From Camelus dromedarius (Eukaryota): a stretch of 64,000 nt of DNA. How positions within the stretch are numbered: the stretch's first letter is position 1; each line of letters opens with the position of its first letter. Location: the NCBI RefSeq assembly GCF_036321535.1, contig NC_087437.1, positions 84,880,001 through 84,944,000 of the forward strand. Direction: 5' to 3'. The notes beneath the pieces were generated by a model that was given only the letters and a program-made list of their open reading frames with translations, had not been told where the DNA came from and did no database searches. The translations under genes were made by a program, and so were the position numbers. Below, piece after piece: positions 35,721-48,152 of this stretch.

Positions 35721-37181
35721 GATAAAAGCAAAACATGTTTGGGTTAGTATCAGACCTAGGATGTCACCACATTAAAGTTCTATCTTAAAGTTACCGCATA
35801 ATAGAGTGTTCTCATGTATCCAAGAAATTGATTGAGAGCCAAGAAGAAATCACAAAGGAGAAACCCAGAAATTGGAAGAAAATGGTCAATGTGTATTGAC
35901 TCTGCAAGTTACTGTGTTCAGTCTTACTGAGAAAATGTGCAGTTGAGTGAATCTGACAAGACTGAGGAATTTTTTTTTCTTTTCTTCTTTTTAAACTTCT
36001 AAACTGACACTCCTTTATCACCTCTCTTAATCTTTTATCTTTATGTACATATCAGGATGTACAACAGTGATGACTGTAGTTTAACTATTTTCAAATGTAC
36101 ATCATTTATAATAGATTGCGAGTGTTTTACAACGTAGATTATAGTTTATTCACTTAATTCATTATTTTATCAATCCATTTGTCTATTTGGCAAATACATA
36201 TTTATTAATTGCTTACCAGGTTTGGGGAACTATTCTTAAGGTACGACATGAAAACTTGTTTTCTCTTTTTGAAGATTTCAATGTCTAATTACAAATATCT
36301 GAGCAAGGGCCATATTCCACCATTTTCACTTTTGTAATTCATGTATTTCACACATATGTAGCACATAGTAAATGCTACAGATGTTTCATAAATGAATAAA
36401 TAAATGCAAATTCAAAATATGATTATCAAACATATTTTCTGTATATAGGTAATTGAAAATACACAAAACATTTAAAATACATTCTAATCAAATCATAATT
36501 TTCCTTAAAGGTTAGACTTAACACTAATTTATATAATTAATTAAATATTTAATTACCATGCATATTCTTTTCTCCTTTATTTTAAAAGGAATTTCATGGA
36601 GTGGCTTGCATAGCTTCTGTGAATTCAAAAATCTGTACTAAGCTAAAATGATGAAGTATTTTTGTAAGAAAATGTATTCTAGTGGCATGTAGAGATATTG
36701 AAATAATTATTCTTCTGTAAAAATATACTACTGAAACATCTATAGACAAGATCACTAAAAATTGCCTTTGATGATACAGAAAGCACAGATATCTATAATT
36801 TCACATTTTGGTGCTCAATTTACCTTCATATCATTTTACTTAAAAAGTAATTTATACTAGATGAGTGTAAGTTCGAGAAACAGTTCAAAATTAATTTCAT
36901 AAGGTTGATAAATGCTAATACATTATATATATTTACCAAAATAACTGATTATATAAAATTTGTGTTTTTTTAATTCACTATATCCAGGGGAGAGCTTAGG
37001 TGAAGTGAAAATAAATAAATAAATAAATATTTAATGAATGAGATATCACTTTTAATTAGATCGTGCTGTGAAGGGGCAGTAAAGTAAAACTGGAGTATTG
37101 AAAAATGAGAATTTTCAGAAGCCAGTTTTGGATATGAAAAACAATGCTTGTTGTATATAGCAAACAACATATTTTGGGGTA

Positions 37182-37558
37182 TATATTCTTTGTTTGGGCT
37201 ATCATAACAAAATACCATAGGCTGCGTGATTTAAACATAAATTTATTTCTCACAGTTTTGGAGGCTTGAAAGTCCAAGATTTAAGGTCCAGCAGGGTGTG
37301 GTTTCTGGAAGGTCTTTCTTCCTGGCTTACAGATAGCCACTTTGTCATCACTGGCCATTCCTCTGAGTGTGCACTGAGGGGACTGTGGGGCAGAGGGGGA
37401 GAAAGAGAGAATTTGTGAGCTTGGATCCAGGCCCCACTTAATGACCTTATTTAACCTTAATTACTTCGTTAAAGGCCTTACCTTCAAATACAACCATATT
37501 GGGGGTTAAGCCTTTAACATAAGAACTTTGAGGAGATACAAACATTCAGTTAATAATA
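37182..37558 (-). mobile_element. MaLR LTR, MLT1A/B-like
   Basis: gggctatcataacaaaataccataggctg, atttatttctcacagttttggaggcttgaaagtccaagat, aatgaccttatttaaccttaattac, aacattcagttaataa. Confidence 0.9.
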
Positions 37559-37652
37559 AGGTACTTTGGTTATATTCCTGCTTTTCCTTTCTTGCGAAAG
37601 CTTCTTAATGTGTTACTCATTCTAAAAATAATTAGAGAAAATCCAATTTTCT

Positions 37653-37890
37653 ATAGTAAGCAGTGTGACTTTAATAATACTGTATTGAATATAGTTAATA
37701 TATTATATTGAATATTTGAAAGTCGCTAAAAATCTAGATAATCATGATGAAAAATTTGTAGCTATGTTTGGTAATCTATGTTAACTAGACTTATTTTGAT
37801 GATCATTTTGCAATATATACAAATACAAAATCATTATGTTATACACCTGAAATAAGCAAAATGTTACATGTCAATTATACCTCAAAAAAA
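37653..37890 (+). mobile_element. 5'-truncated L1MA9-like 3' end with its own TSD
   Basis: taataatactgtattg...atttgaaagtcgctaa...gttaactagacttatt...cattatgttatacacctgaaa...tgtcaattatacctcaaaaaaaa. TSD agagaaaatccaattttct (37634-37652) vs agacaaaatcaaattttct (37891-37909). Confidence 0.9.
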
Positions 37891-38090
37891 AGACAAAATC
37901 AAATTTTCTCATTTAGCACACTGAATTTAAAAGTTACAGTTTTATGCTATTATAGAAAATAATGTTGATTCCATCTATATAATAGTACTGAAGTCCATAA
38001 CTATTTTTTGCAGTTTATTTGTCCCTAAAACTTTTCTTTAAAAATATTAGAAAACTTTTATGAAAAGTTTGGACACAGAATATTGTCTGC

Positions 38091-38931
38091 TGTGAGATAA
38101 TGGAAAATATATATTGCCCCTGGTTCCAGACACAGAACTCGTGAAACCTTATAATTTCCTGGGTGATAGGAATGTCTGTGTTCTAGTGAGACAATTTTGT
38201 GGGGACTCCTGGATAACTCCTGGATGGAGGATGGTTGCTGGAAGACTAAGCCATGATTAGAAGCTCGAAATTTTCAGCCCCACTTGCTCATTCTTTTAAG
38301 AAGGAAGAAGGGCTGAAAATGGAGTTAATGCTATTCTGATGAAGTTTCCATAAAAATCCCACTAGTAATGGGTTTGGGTGCCTCCAGGTTGGTCAATACT
38401 TGGAGGACATGGTAACTCCCCAGCCTATTCCCACGTACCTCACTCCGCTCATCTCTTCCGTCTGGCTGTTTCACTGTATCCTTTATCAAACCCTTTTATA
38501 ATAAACTGGTAAAGTTAAGTAAAATGTTTCTCTGAGTTCTGTGAGCTGCAGCTGCTCTTGCAAATTAATTGAAACTGAGACAGGAGTGATTGGAACCTCT
38601 AATCTATAGCCAGTTGATCAAAAGCCTGTGTGACAATCTGGACTTCCAACTGGCATCTGGAGTTGGGTGAAGGGTAGTCCTGCAGGATTGAGCCCTTAGT
38701 CTGTGGGATCTTACACTGTCTCCAGGTAGATATTGTAAGATTTGAGTTACATTGTAGGGCACCCAGTGAGTGTCTTAGAGAACTGTGTGGGAAAAACTTC
38801 CTATTCGGTGACCTGGAGTGAAGAGTTTTCTGTGAGTAGTGAAGGAGACTCCCAGGCAAGAAATACGCAGTAGGGAAGAACTGAGGTTTTCCCCTCCATA
38901 GGAAGGAAAAAACTGAGGTTTTCCTTTTTAA
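38091..38931 (+). mobile_element. MER21-like LTR
   Basis: tgcccctggttccagacacagaactc, aatttcctgggtgatagg, aagccatgattagaagct, tataataaactggtaaa...gtttctctgagttctgtgagc, tctccaggtagata. Confidence 0.88.
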
Positions 38932-40622
38932 CCATAATTTCAGTTTTTATACAAATTCAGAATTTCTCCATTATCTCTGGAAATGGAGGAGTCATCTTTG
39001 GTTGTTACAAAGAATACTGGAACTGAGAATCAATAAACGCAGCTTTTACCCTCAGGCTTTATACCCCCAGAAAGTCGTTTCATTTCCCAGCCTCCTCAGT
39101 TAAAGATGCCAGACACACAAGGTGCTTTATCTTTTAGTCTCTGGTTTTCCAAAACAGACTCATGAATATTCCTTAGATTCTGCTTTCTTTTCCTGTTCTC
39201 TGCCTTGCTCTGTTCCTGTGGATTTGGAAATTCCATATTCCAAAGAGAATTTTTATGCATGTTATGTCAGCCCTAATTTTTAAAGGAACCTTTGCAAGAT
39301 CCATAGCCCTGGTGGCCATTCAGCCACTTAAAGCATAATGATATTTCCTGAATGTGAACTCAGGAGCTTAGCGACTGACCCTGTGTTTTTCAGCTTTCAG
39401 TTGTTAACTTCCCAAGTCAGATCTTTTATAGTACTCCCTCCTCTGCCCCTGTTTTTACAGTTTCTCTCCTTGGTTTCTGTTCCACTAGAGGTCTGCCTAC
39501 ATTCTGGAAAACCAAAAGCCTGCCTCCAAATCCTGCCCATGTGGCACCTGGTCTCCTTGTTCTCTCCATTCTCAACAGTGCAGAAGCATGTGGTGACGTG
39601 ACCCTACACCCCCATTAGTATTTCTTCTAACAGATTATTAGTAATCCTATGGATTACCTGCATCCATGCCCATAAATCCTGAATTTATTATAAGTCTGAG
39701 TCCTACCCAACTAGCTATAGTCTTTGGACCGCGGGATCAGCATTGATCCCTTCTGTGCAGACTCCTCCTGATCTCAAAATCTTTGCAAACAAGTCTTCAC
39801 CTCTTTAGAGGCATTGCTACACTTTCCTTCCAATTCTTAAGGTGTAGGCCACCTCCTCGAACAAACCGCATTTGATGTGATGATGTGCAAACCCAGAAAA
39901 TATTTAATTTATGAATTTTTTGTTTGTTCTCATTATTCCATAACACTTACCAACATAATGCCTTTTTAAAGATTTTCTTTGTTAAATGTTTTCTCTCTTT
40001 CTGGGATAATTTGCTTGCTCAGCAGTTGATGAGAAAGATATCTCCACATTAAGAAAGGTTAAAAAAGGAATAGTATATAAATATCATACTTAAAGAATAG
40101 TTTTAGTGTTTTTATTTATACTGATCCTTTTAAATTTCTTTGTACTGTTCGATGACTTGTATAATTATAGGTAAAATATATAAAAATAACTTTTCACTTA
40201 CTCGTATCACCTGTCTTATTTTAAACATACAGACGTTACTTAATTGCATGCATATTATTTTACTTTTGCAAGAACATTCATATTATTGGAGAAGTATAGA
40301 CCCAGTGTTAAGAAATTTTTATCTATGGATAGAGAATAATATATGATAAATAAATTGTTGAATTTGTGACTTTCTCTAACTTCTAATTTTCTACATGGGA
40401 AATAGATTTCCTTTGTAATCAGCAAGTGATATATAATAATGCTTCAATGTAAAAAAACAGGATAAACATAAAGTATTTTTTGATAGACTATAATAGAATA
40501 TATTTATGTTTAGGACTAAATCATCATCATCATCATGCTTTAATAAACACTTATAATCTATATGTTATAGTCTAGTAACAGAAGAAATGACAAAAATATT
40601 TGAGCTAGCTTTTTAATAGTTT

Positions 40623-40848
40623 CTAAATTTAAATTTTTAAAAATTGAGGTATAGTTGACTTACAATGTGTCAGGTATACAGCAATGTGATTTCACAGATA
40701 TATATATACACACACATATGTATATATTTTTCAGATTCTTTCTGTTATAGGTCATTACAGGTCATTCCCTGTGCTATACAGTAGGTCCTTGTTTATCTAT
40801 TTTATGTAAAGTAGCATGTATCTGTTAATCCTAAATCTCAAATTTATC
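40623..40848 (-). mobile_element. Short artiodactyl L1 3' end (L1_Art-like)
   Basis: attgaggtatagttgacttacaatg...caggtatacagcaa...ttcagattcttt...ccctgtgctatacagtaggtccttg; flanked by aatagttt at 40615-40622 and 40852-40859. Confidence 0.88.
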
Positions 40849-43734
40849 AAAAATAGTTTTTTTTTTAAAAAAAGTGCAGACATCTTGTGAGCTGCCTTAA
40901 TAGATAAAAGTGAAAAACTGCTTATGTAACTTTGCACGTAATACATATCTTCATTAGGAAGTGATTCTTTATTCCATGTCTCTTTGCTAATTCCTTTAGA
41001 ATTGTTTTTTCTTCATTTTAAAGCAAGTTGATTTTTATATTTTTCAATAACCATGAATTTGTATGGGGACACCGTAGAATGAATCTATGATGAACCCTCT
41101 CCACCAAAAAAAAAAAAAAAAAAGAAAGTAAAGAAATAAATATAATGACTTCCATTCACTATACCACAAACAAGAGACATTTATTGTATGACACACTGGG
41201 GATCCTATGTTGAACAAGGCATGTTGACTCTTGCAGAGTAAACAGCACTGTAGAATGAATTAAATGTGAAAATACGTGCAATGTTCACACAACTTAAACA
41301 TTGCATGGCTCACAGGTTTGGTATGATACAGTTTTGTTGCTGAAGCACAGGCTTGTGGTTTGCTTAAATACCTATCACTGATAATACTAACTGAAGAAAG
41401 AATTGTAAGTTTTCAATGAAGAGAGAGGTTCAGTTTGCATAAAGTGAATTTAGGTTACTGATGGGATTTTAAGAATAGGGATGTGGTTAATTAGACATAT
41501 TCTTCCACAATTTAGGGAGAAACTGGGAGTTGTAGATTTGAATATCTACAAGAGTATTTGTTGAATCCATTAGTTTAAATTTACTAAAGATGAGACATTT
41601 AGATAAGAAAATAAAGGGAATTGACAGCATCCTAGAGATTTAAACATCAAGAGGAAAATAAATAGTTAAAATAAAATTGACTGCAAAATGGTCTTCAGTC
41701 AATGTAGAACGTACTTGAGCAGACAAAGGTGTCTGAAAACCAAAGGAGAAAATTTCAGGGACATAGGTCAACATTGTTTTATAAGCAAAGTAAATATAAA
41801 CTTTCACTTTTCCACACATATAAATGTGTTATATATTTGCCGTTGAATCAATGTTAATAATTTTTATTTTACATTAACTGCTACCCTAGTGGAAATAATC
41901 CAGAGTAATAATTGATAAATATTTTATACAAAAATTTACCCTAGAGTGCTAGGAGGCTCTAGGGGGTCTTCCTAGTTACCTCTATAGAAGAGTGTCATGG
42001 CCATGATCTGCATATGGAATAACCTGTCACCCAGGAACACAGCCAAACTTTCAACTCTCACAGCCAGAGAATCTCTTTGGTGAGAACTGGGGTCCAGGAT
42101 CCATCTTCCAGTGACGTTAGATTTGGGGCTAATTGTACTATGGTGGAGCTCTGGGACACAAACTGTAAAGGGACTCTGGGAGAGTTAGTGTTATTGTTCA
42201 GGGCAGAAAAAAAATGAATGCCAGGTGATTAGGTATACTTTGTTCAAATGTGCAGTCAAGTCATGGGCAGTCAACGTATCTTTAAATTAGATGCATTTAA
42301 AACTGCTAGTGATAAATCCTGATGAATATGTGGATTTGGGGAATGGAATAAATGAGAGGCTATCACATATTACAATAAAAGCCTTATTTTTTCCTTCATT
42401 GCTGTATTAATAGATTTAGAAAATTAACACTGCATAATTCTGTTGAAATTAACTAAAGCCTTGGCTCAACTGCTGTTACTGAAATAAGTATATACCCTGG
42501 AGAGTACAAATAAGTGTTTATGTCCTTGAATATCAGATGTAAGAGATCAGGAAAACTATCAAAGGGGAAAAAAGATTGATTTTAACAATCTTTCTTCTTT
42601 TTAAGATATATAATGAAAGTAAAGTTTTTCCCTCTTTCTCTTTTACTAGAGGTTATCTTAATAAGAAAAATAATCAATGTAGGTAGTTTAACAGAATATG
42701 CAGCAGTGACAAAGAAAAAAATAAAGTTGAAAAATAGAAAAAAGTACTTCTCTTTGGATAGATAGGTAGATACACATATTTGAAAAGGCATAGATTTTCT
42801 TTTTTAAATGTGATTTGCAATGATTACATCATGCATTAATTATATACCCATTTAATAGTCATTAATTAAAGTTCTTCTATGGAAGCTGTTCTAAGTTGCA
42901 CAAAAGCTTAAAACTCAATGACTCTGGGACTTAATCGTGTACTTACAATTGAAGGGTTTCACCATGTCCATCACTTTCATGTGACAGGCATTGCTTGTCA
43001 CAGGACTACGGCCCTTCCAGATGCTAACAACCTTGATCTCTATGTTAGACATACTATGTGGGAAGTTGTAAGAATGTGGCTGCTACATGGTTCACAGGCC
43101 TTAACTGCTTTAGGGACATAGGTGGGCAGGGCATTGATTAAAAGGACTTTGTGTGCTGTAAAAGCAGCTGTTGACAGATGTCTCATGCCAGTCAGAATTA
43201 AGAAAAACACATGTGTCTTCTCAGCAAAGGCCATGGACATATATACACCTAGAGGAGCAGAGGATCACTGGCATCACTCAGGAGCCATGCTACTCTGGGA
43301 CCTGGGGCCAAGTAGGCTAGTCAGTGCAGACTCCCTCCACTCCAAGGGCCGCTCTGGCTCTGTTCTTCCTTTGGACCCTAATCCACCCTTCTCCCTACTC
43401 CCAATAACTCTGATCCCCTGGGGGCTGGGTGCATGGATTACTTGTCCTCTACTTTCTTTTTAACCTGTTGTAATAGTATCTCCTAGCTATTCTGCTTCCT
43501 TTTGGATTATTTTTTTTCCTAGCAAACCAGAAATTCAGCTTTTACAATTTCCATTTTGTTATCAAAGCTTATATTTAATGTTAAAAAGATAATAAAACCC
43601 TGAATACTCACTGTTTCTTTCTCTTTGGTTTTCGGATAAAACAATTCTGTTTCTCTGGCTAGGTGATGTGGAGGATCTGAACAACTACACCTACAGTAAT
43701 TCAACTTGAAGGGCATTTGCAAGTGGCTTTGATC

Positions 43735-43870
43735 GTCAGAATGTCTGGGTATTCTATTGGCATTTAGTGAGTAAGGGTAAAGAATTCTAAAAACCCTGAA
43801 GTGCGAACCACAGAACCAAGAAAAGTTATTCCAGCCAGAATAACAATACCATTTCTACTAGAAAATATTG
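43735..43870. mobile_element. MER20-like hAT fragment
   Basis: tattctattggcatttagtgagtaagggtaaagaattctaaaaaccctgaagtgc...aagttattccagccagaat. Confidence 0.55.
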
Positions 43871-44891
43871 AAAAGGAAGGGGCTGGTTCCAGAAATTGTA
43901 GTAAAGAAAAATACAGCAGTAAATACTTGAGAATATTTCCCTACACATTATAGTAATCCTAGTATATTGTAGAAAATTACAGAGATCGTTATAGATATGA
44001 TATTTTATAGAGATTAAAAGAGGTAGAAATTCACCTATTTCATCTGGAAGAGTAGCTCATGGAAAATTATAAATTTAGAACTGCTGATAAACAAAGTATC
44101 ATTATTCTGTACTAGGTCAATGATGACAAACAGTGAACATGCTTTTAAAACAGACCTTACACAGTGCTGGTTGTAAGTGCTCTGTAATTTTTTAAATTAC
44201 ATGTACAACCTAATAAAAATATTAAGAATAAATTCTGGTGCATACATATACAAGTGAAATGTTTCTAACTTTACACTATAAGACTGAAAAACATGTAGCA
44301 TGATATTTTGTAGAGCTATTCTTTTTAATCAACCATTTAATTTTCTTGTCACAAAATGCAATGCTGTAATTTTCTGTTACTGCTGTAATTTTTATTTTCA
44401 CTTCTTCTCTTTCCATTTTTCCTCTTTAAGAGAAGACAATCCAGTTATTTCTTTAACTGAGATTAGCTTTCACGTATTGAACAGTCAGTTAAGTATTCAA
44501 CTCAGTATTCCTTATTTACTCCAGGGTGTTTAAATAAAACTGAAAGAACTCCATAGCATAAGTTAGATTTGGAACTGGCCAGCTCAAAGCCTCACCAATT
44601 AAAGAACAATTTGAAGTCATTAAAAATTAAATGAAGTGCCAAATGCACTTTTAAGGAGGACTGTTAGCAATTCAATTGTCAATCAAACAATGAATCCTTC
44701 TGTAAATTGTGAGAATAATTTTTGATTTTTTAGGAAAAAGAAAACTTTTTATCTGGTTATTTATTTTTTTAAACCCTGAAATTGTGTTATCATATTTTAG
44801 CACATTTGAGCAAAGATGGTAAAACTTGGAAAAACAGAAAAAGTCTGTATCTAACATGTGTAAGCTCTGTAACATAGTTCCTATATCACTA

Positions 44892-45338
44892 TGTTAACCT
44901 AAAACAATAAACAGCCAGTTGTTTTTATTTCAGGAGCAGCAAAGAATTGCAGTTCGAGACATGCAACTATGCCAATCACATGCATAACAAAGCAAAAGCG
45001 GTAACTCTTTTATAGAGGAATAGAGGAAGCTGAGAATGTTTGTTAAAACAAAAAGTTCACTGGAGAAAACTGAGAGTTCAAAGCATAGTGGCCTTTCATT
45101 TGTTGAATCGTGACAGTCTCTCATTGGCTGAGTTGTCAGGCGACGAGAATTTTTTTCTTCCTGCAGTTGGTGGTAGTAAAGTAGTGTCACTACTGGAGAT
45201 ACAATGTATGTCTGGAGATGTAAATCATGTCTCTTACTGTTGGGATCTATATTGATGTCTTGTGATATGCGTGTGAGAGCTTCCCCATCTGGCCTCCTGA
45301 CTCCATCTTAGTAGGGCTTCCCTTTATTAGTTTTCACA
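44892..45338 (-). mobile_element. Complete 447-bp ERV1-class solo LTR
   Basis: TG...CA termini with a perfect 4-bp TSD ACTA (44888-44891 and 45339-45342). The - strand starts tgtgaaaactaataaagg...taagatggagtcaggaggcc and carries CCAAT (attgg on +), TATA-like ctataaaa and AATAAA in LTR order. Confidence 0.92.
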
Positions 45339-46699
45339 ACTATCAGAAGTAAGGAAACTGAAAAAAGCCAAAAAAAAAAACCAAACCCAAATAGTGTCGA
45401 TGGAGGAAGTAACAATATAGAGATAGAGAAGTGGGTATCTACTGGGAATCAGGCAACTTAGTTTCTCATTCTGGCTTAGTCATAACTGTGTGATCCTGAC
45501 CTCATGTTTTTCTTTTGTGAAAATACATTGAGTTAGAGAATGCCTTAAGATCTATTTTAAGACTGGAATTTTATAGTTTCATATTTTTAATTAACTCTAA
45601 CCAAAAAGAATGTGAGCCTTGCCTCATAGTAAGCCAGGTTTTCTGGACAGTGATGGTGCATATTCATGAAATAATCCATGAGTTAAATATTTTTTCCCTT
45701 TCTGCCACTATATTGTGTCAATTGCCTCATAATTTGAGCATCAATATATTGTATTATAATTATTTTTACATGTTTATTTACTCTCAATGGATTGTAAATT
45801 CCATGGAGCAAGGAGATATTCAGCTTCTAATGTGTGTCTAACACAGTGGCATATAGTAACAAACTGGACTAATAGTCATAGGAATTGTATTAATTGAGTT
45901 GTGGGTAAAAATAAAAGTTATTATCAGGTAGAAAACTTGAATATTCCTTGATGTGGACCAAAATTTTTCTAAGATCATGGTGACTCCTGTATCAGAAAGG
46001 ACGTGGAAGCTCTGTTTCAATTTGCTGGAGTGTTTTTATTTTTTTAAAGACAAATTCAGCATTTATCTTGTCAGCAGTTCCAGAACAGTAATGAAAGACT
46101 GAGATCAAGATAAGAAGAGGTTAAGCTAAAGAAAAGACTACTACATCCACAGAGAGATTAGGATTTCAGATTGATTTCACCTATTGGAAGACAGGAAAAG
46201 GGCACTGAATATCTGGCAGTGGTGTAGTTTGAAAGCCATTTTCATAATACAGACATTTGTTTACACAGCTTGTTTTGTCCTTGTATTTTTCCCAAACCAA
46301 AATTACACATCAAAAGCATATTGCTGCAGCATCTACATGTTATAAAGCTTGCTTTCAAGTTTTGATAATTGTAAGACTGATTTCTAGCTCATTTGTTATC
46401 ATAGCAACACACATTACCAGTTTCCCAGTAATGGAAGTACAGTTGGCAAAATGTTCACACGTAATTACATTCTTCTATTGAATGCACAAAACAGTCTTAT
46501 ATTTTAACTGCTGTAATTTTACTGTAATTGTATCAAAGTTTCACACAGAAGCTTTGATACGTGAAGGATCTTGATGAATGACCCAATATTGAAAATAAAT
46601 ATTTGCCAGCTGCAGTGAATATTCAAATATCCTCTTAACTTTAACCTGTTAAAACACCACTTTCACCAAGACTCAAATTGGACATCCTCTCATGAGTGG

Positions 46700-46986
46700 T
46701 AAGATGGAATGGAGGACAAAGGGTGTGAGCACAAGCGATAGCCTGCAAACCCCAAGAGACATTGTATTTTGGGCAGATCCTGCTGTTTTCCTTCTACCAC
46801 AAGAGCTGCATGTCCCCAAAAAGAGCTTCTCATTGCATCTGGGACCCCAGTATAAGAAAACCTGAGGAACAAAGTAGCCAGCAACTGACAAGCAAGTAAG
46901 TGATGTCTGTCACTGTTAGCCACCAAGATTTTGGGGTGGTTCATTACTGAAAAGATGATTCTGACATAGAGCCTGACTTCCTTACA
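46700..46986 (+). mobile_element. Old MaLR LTR, MLT1L/M/N-like
   Basis: ctgttagccaccaagattttggggtggttcattactg...agcctgacttccttaca MLT1 3' end. Confidence 0.55.
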
Positions 46987-47169
46987 CCATGACAACAAGG
47001 TCCAGCTTAACTTGTATCATTATCTCCCTTAAATTCCACTAGAAAATAAAAAAGAATTCAGTTTTCTTCTGGATTTATCTATTTTTATACGTAGGAAAAT
47101 AAAGACTAAAAGTTTGAGGCCCTGGCATTTAAACTAATAAGAAGATACTATTATGGGACACACAGTGTT

Positions 47170-47900
47170 CAACTCAAATACAAGCTTTGTCTTCCCCATG
47201 TATGTGATATATTTTCATTATTTTTCCAGATATTTTCTAATTTCCTTTTTCTTTTTTTAATCTTAATTTATTTTGTGACTTATTTAGAAATAGATTGTTT
47301 AATTTCAGATATTTGGGATTTTCTAAACATCTACGTATTTTGTTTCCTAGTTTAATTCCTGATGGTAGTAGAGTATTTCAAACTTGTCACATTTGTTTTA
47401 TGGCCCAAGGTAAAGTCTATCTTGGTGAATGAACAATGAACACACTTGAAAAGTGTGGATTCTACAACTACTGGGTGTAGTGTCCTATAAATGTAAATTA
47501 GATCAAAGTGGTTGAGAGAGTTGTTCATATCTTTTATATTTTAGTCTCCTCCTTTTTTTGCTTGCTGAGAGAGAAAATTGCCAAAATTTCTGTGGTTGTA
47601 AATTTGCCCATTTCTCCTTAAATACTTTTAATTTGTGGCTCATGAAACTCTATTGCTAGGTGCATACATGTTAATGATTGCTGGCCTTCCTGACAAATTG
47701 ACACTTTGATCATTATGAAATACTCCATTTATCTATGGTAATATTCTCTGTCTTGAAGCTTATTTATTTGATATTAATATAGCCACTCCAGTCTTTGTAG
47801 GCTTTTTCTTTCTCCAGTGTATCTTTTTCCATCATTGTATTTTCAGTCTATACTTTTGACTTTATAGTATTTCTCATTTGTTTAAAGTGCACATTTTTAA
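47170..47900 (-). mobile_element. Old L1 ORF2 endonuclease-region fragment
   Basis: tttgttttatggccca...tctatcttggtgaatg...cacttgaaaag, ctattgctaggtgcataca, atcattatgaaat, tgatattaatatagccactccag. Confidence 0.85.
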
Positions 47901-48062
47901 CATTGATGACTGCTTTGCCTATGCTTTTTTTCTTGACAAATACTGCATTTTACAGTCACCACATTAATGCAGTTTGAGCATAAGAGTTAATAATTTAAAA
48001 TAAACAGCTAGAGAAATACTAATTGTAGGACAGAAATAAAAAATAATCAGAAAGTATTAGTA

Positions 48063-48152
48063 TTCTCTCTCACTTTCTCTGTATCTCTCTGTCTGTCTCT
48101 CCCTCTCTCTCTCCCTCTCTCTCTCTCTCTCTTTTTCTTTTTCTCTCTATCT
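48063..48152. repeat. (TC)n compound microsatellite
   Basis: ttctctctcactttctctgtatctctctgtctgtctctccctctctctctccctctctctctctctct. Confidence 0.9.

Noticed and set aside
13600..37700. The L1 ending at about 13618 and the L1 3' end starting at about 37660 abut on the consensus and share cagtgtg, suggesting one element split by 24 kb
   Set aside because: The second piece has its own 19-bp TSD (17/19 identical), so it is an independent truncated insertion.
39733..39750. gggatca-gcat-tgatccc hairpin
   Set aside because: A 7-bp stem is expected by chance and has no supporting context.
42918..43463. Consecutive 67-aa and 113-aa ORFs resembling a processed pseudogene
   Set aside because: No recognisable protein similarity, polyA tail or TSD; the locally higher GC explains ORF length.
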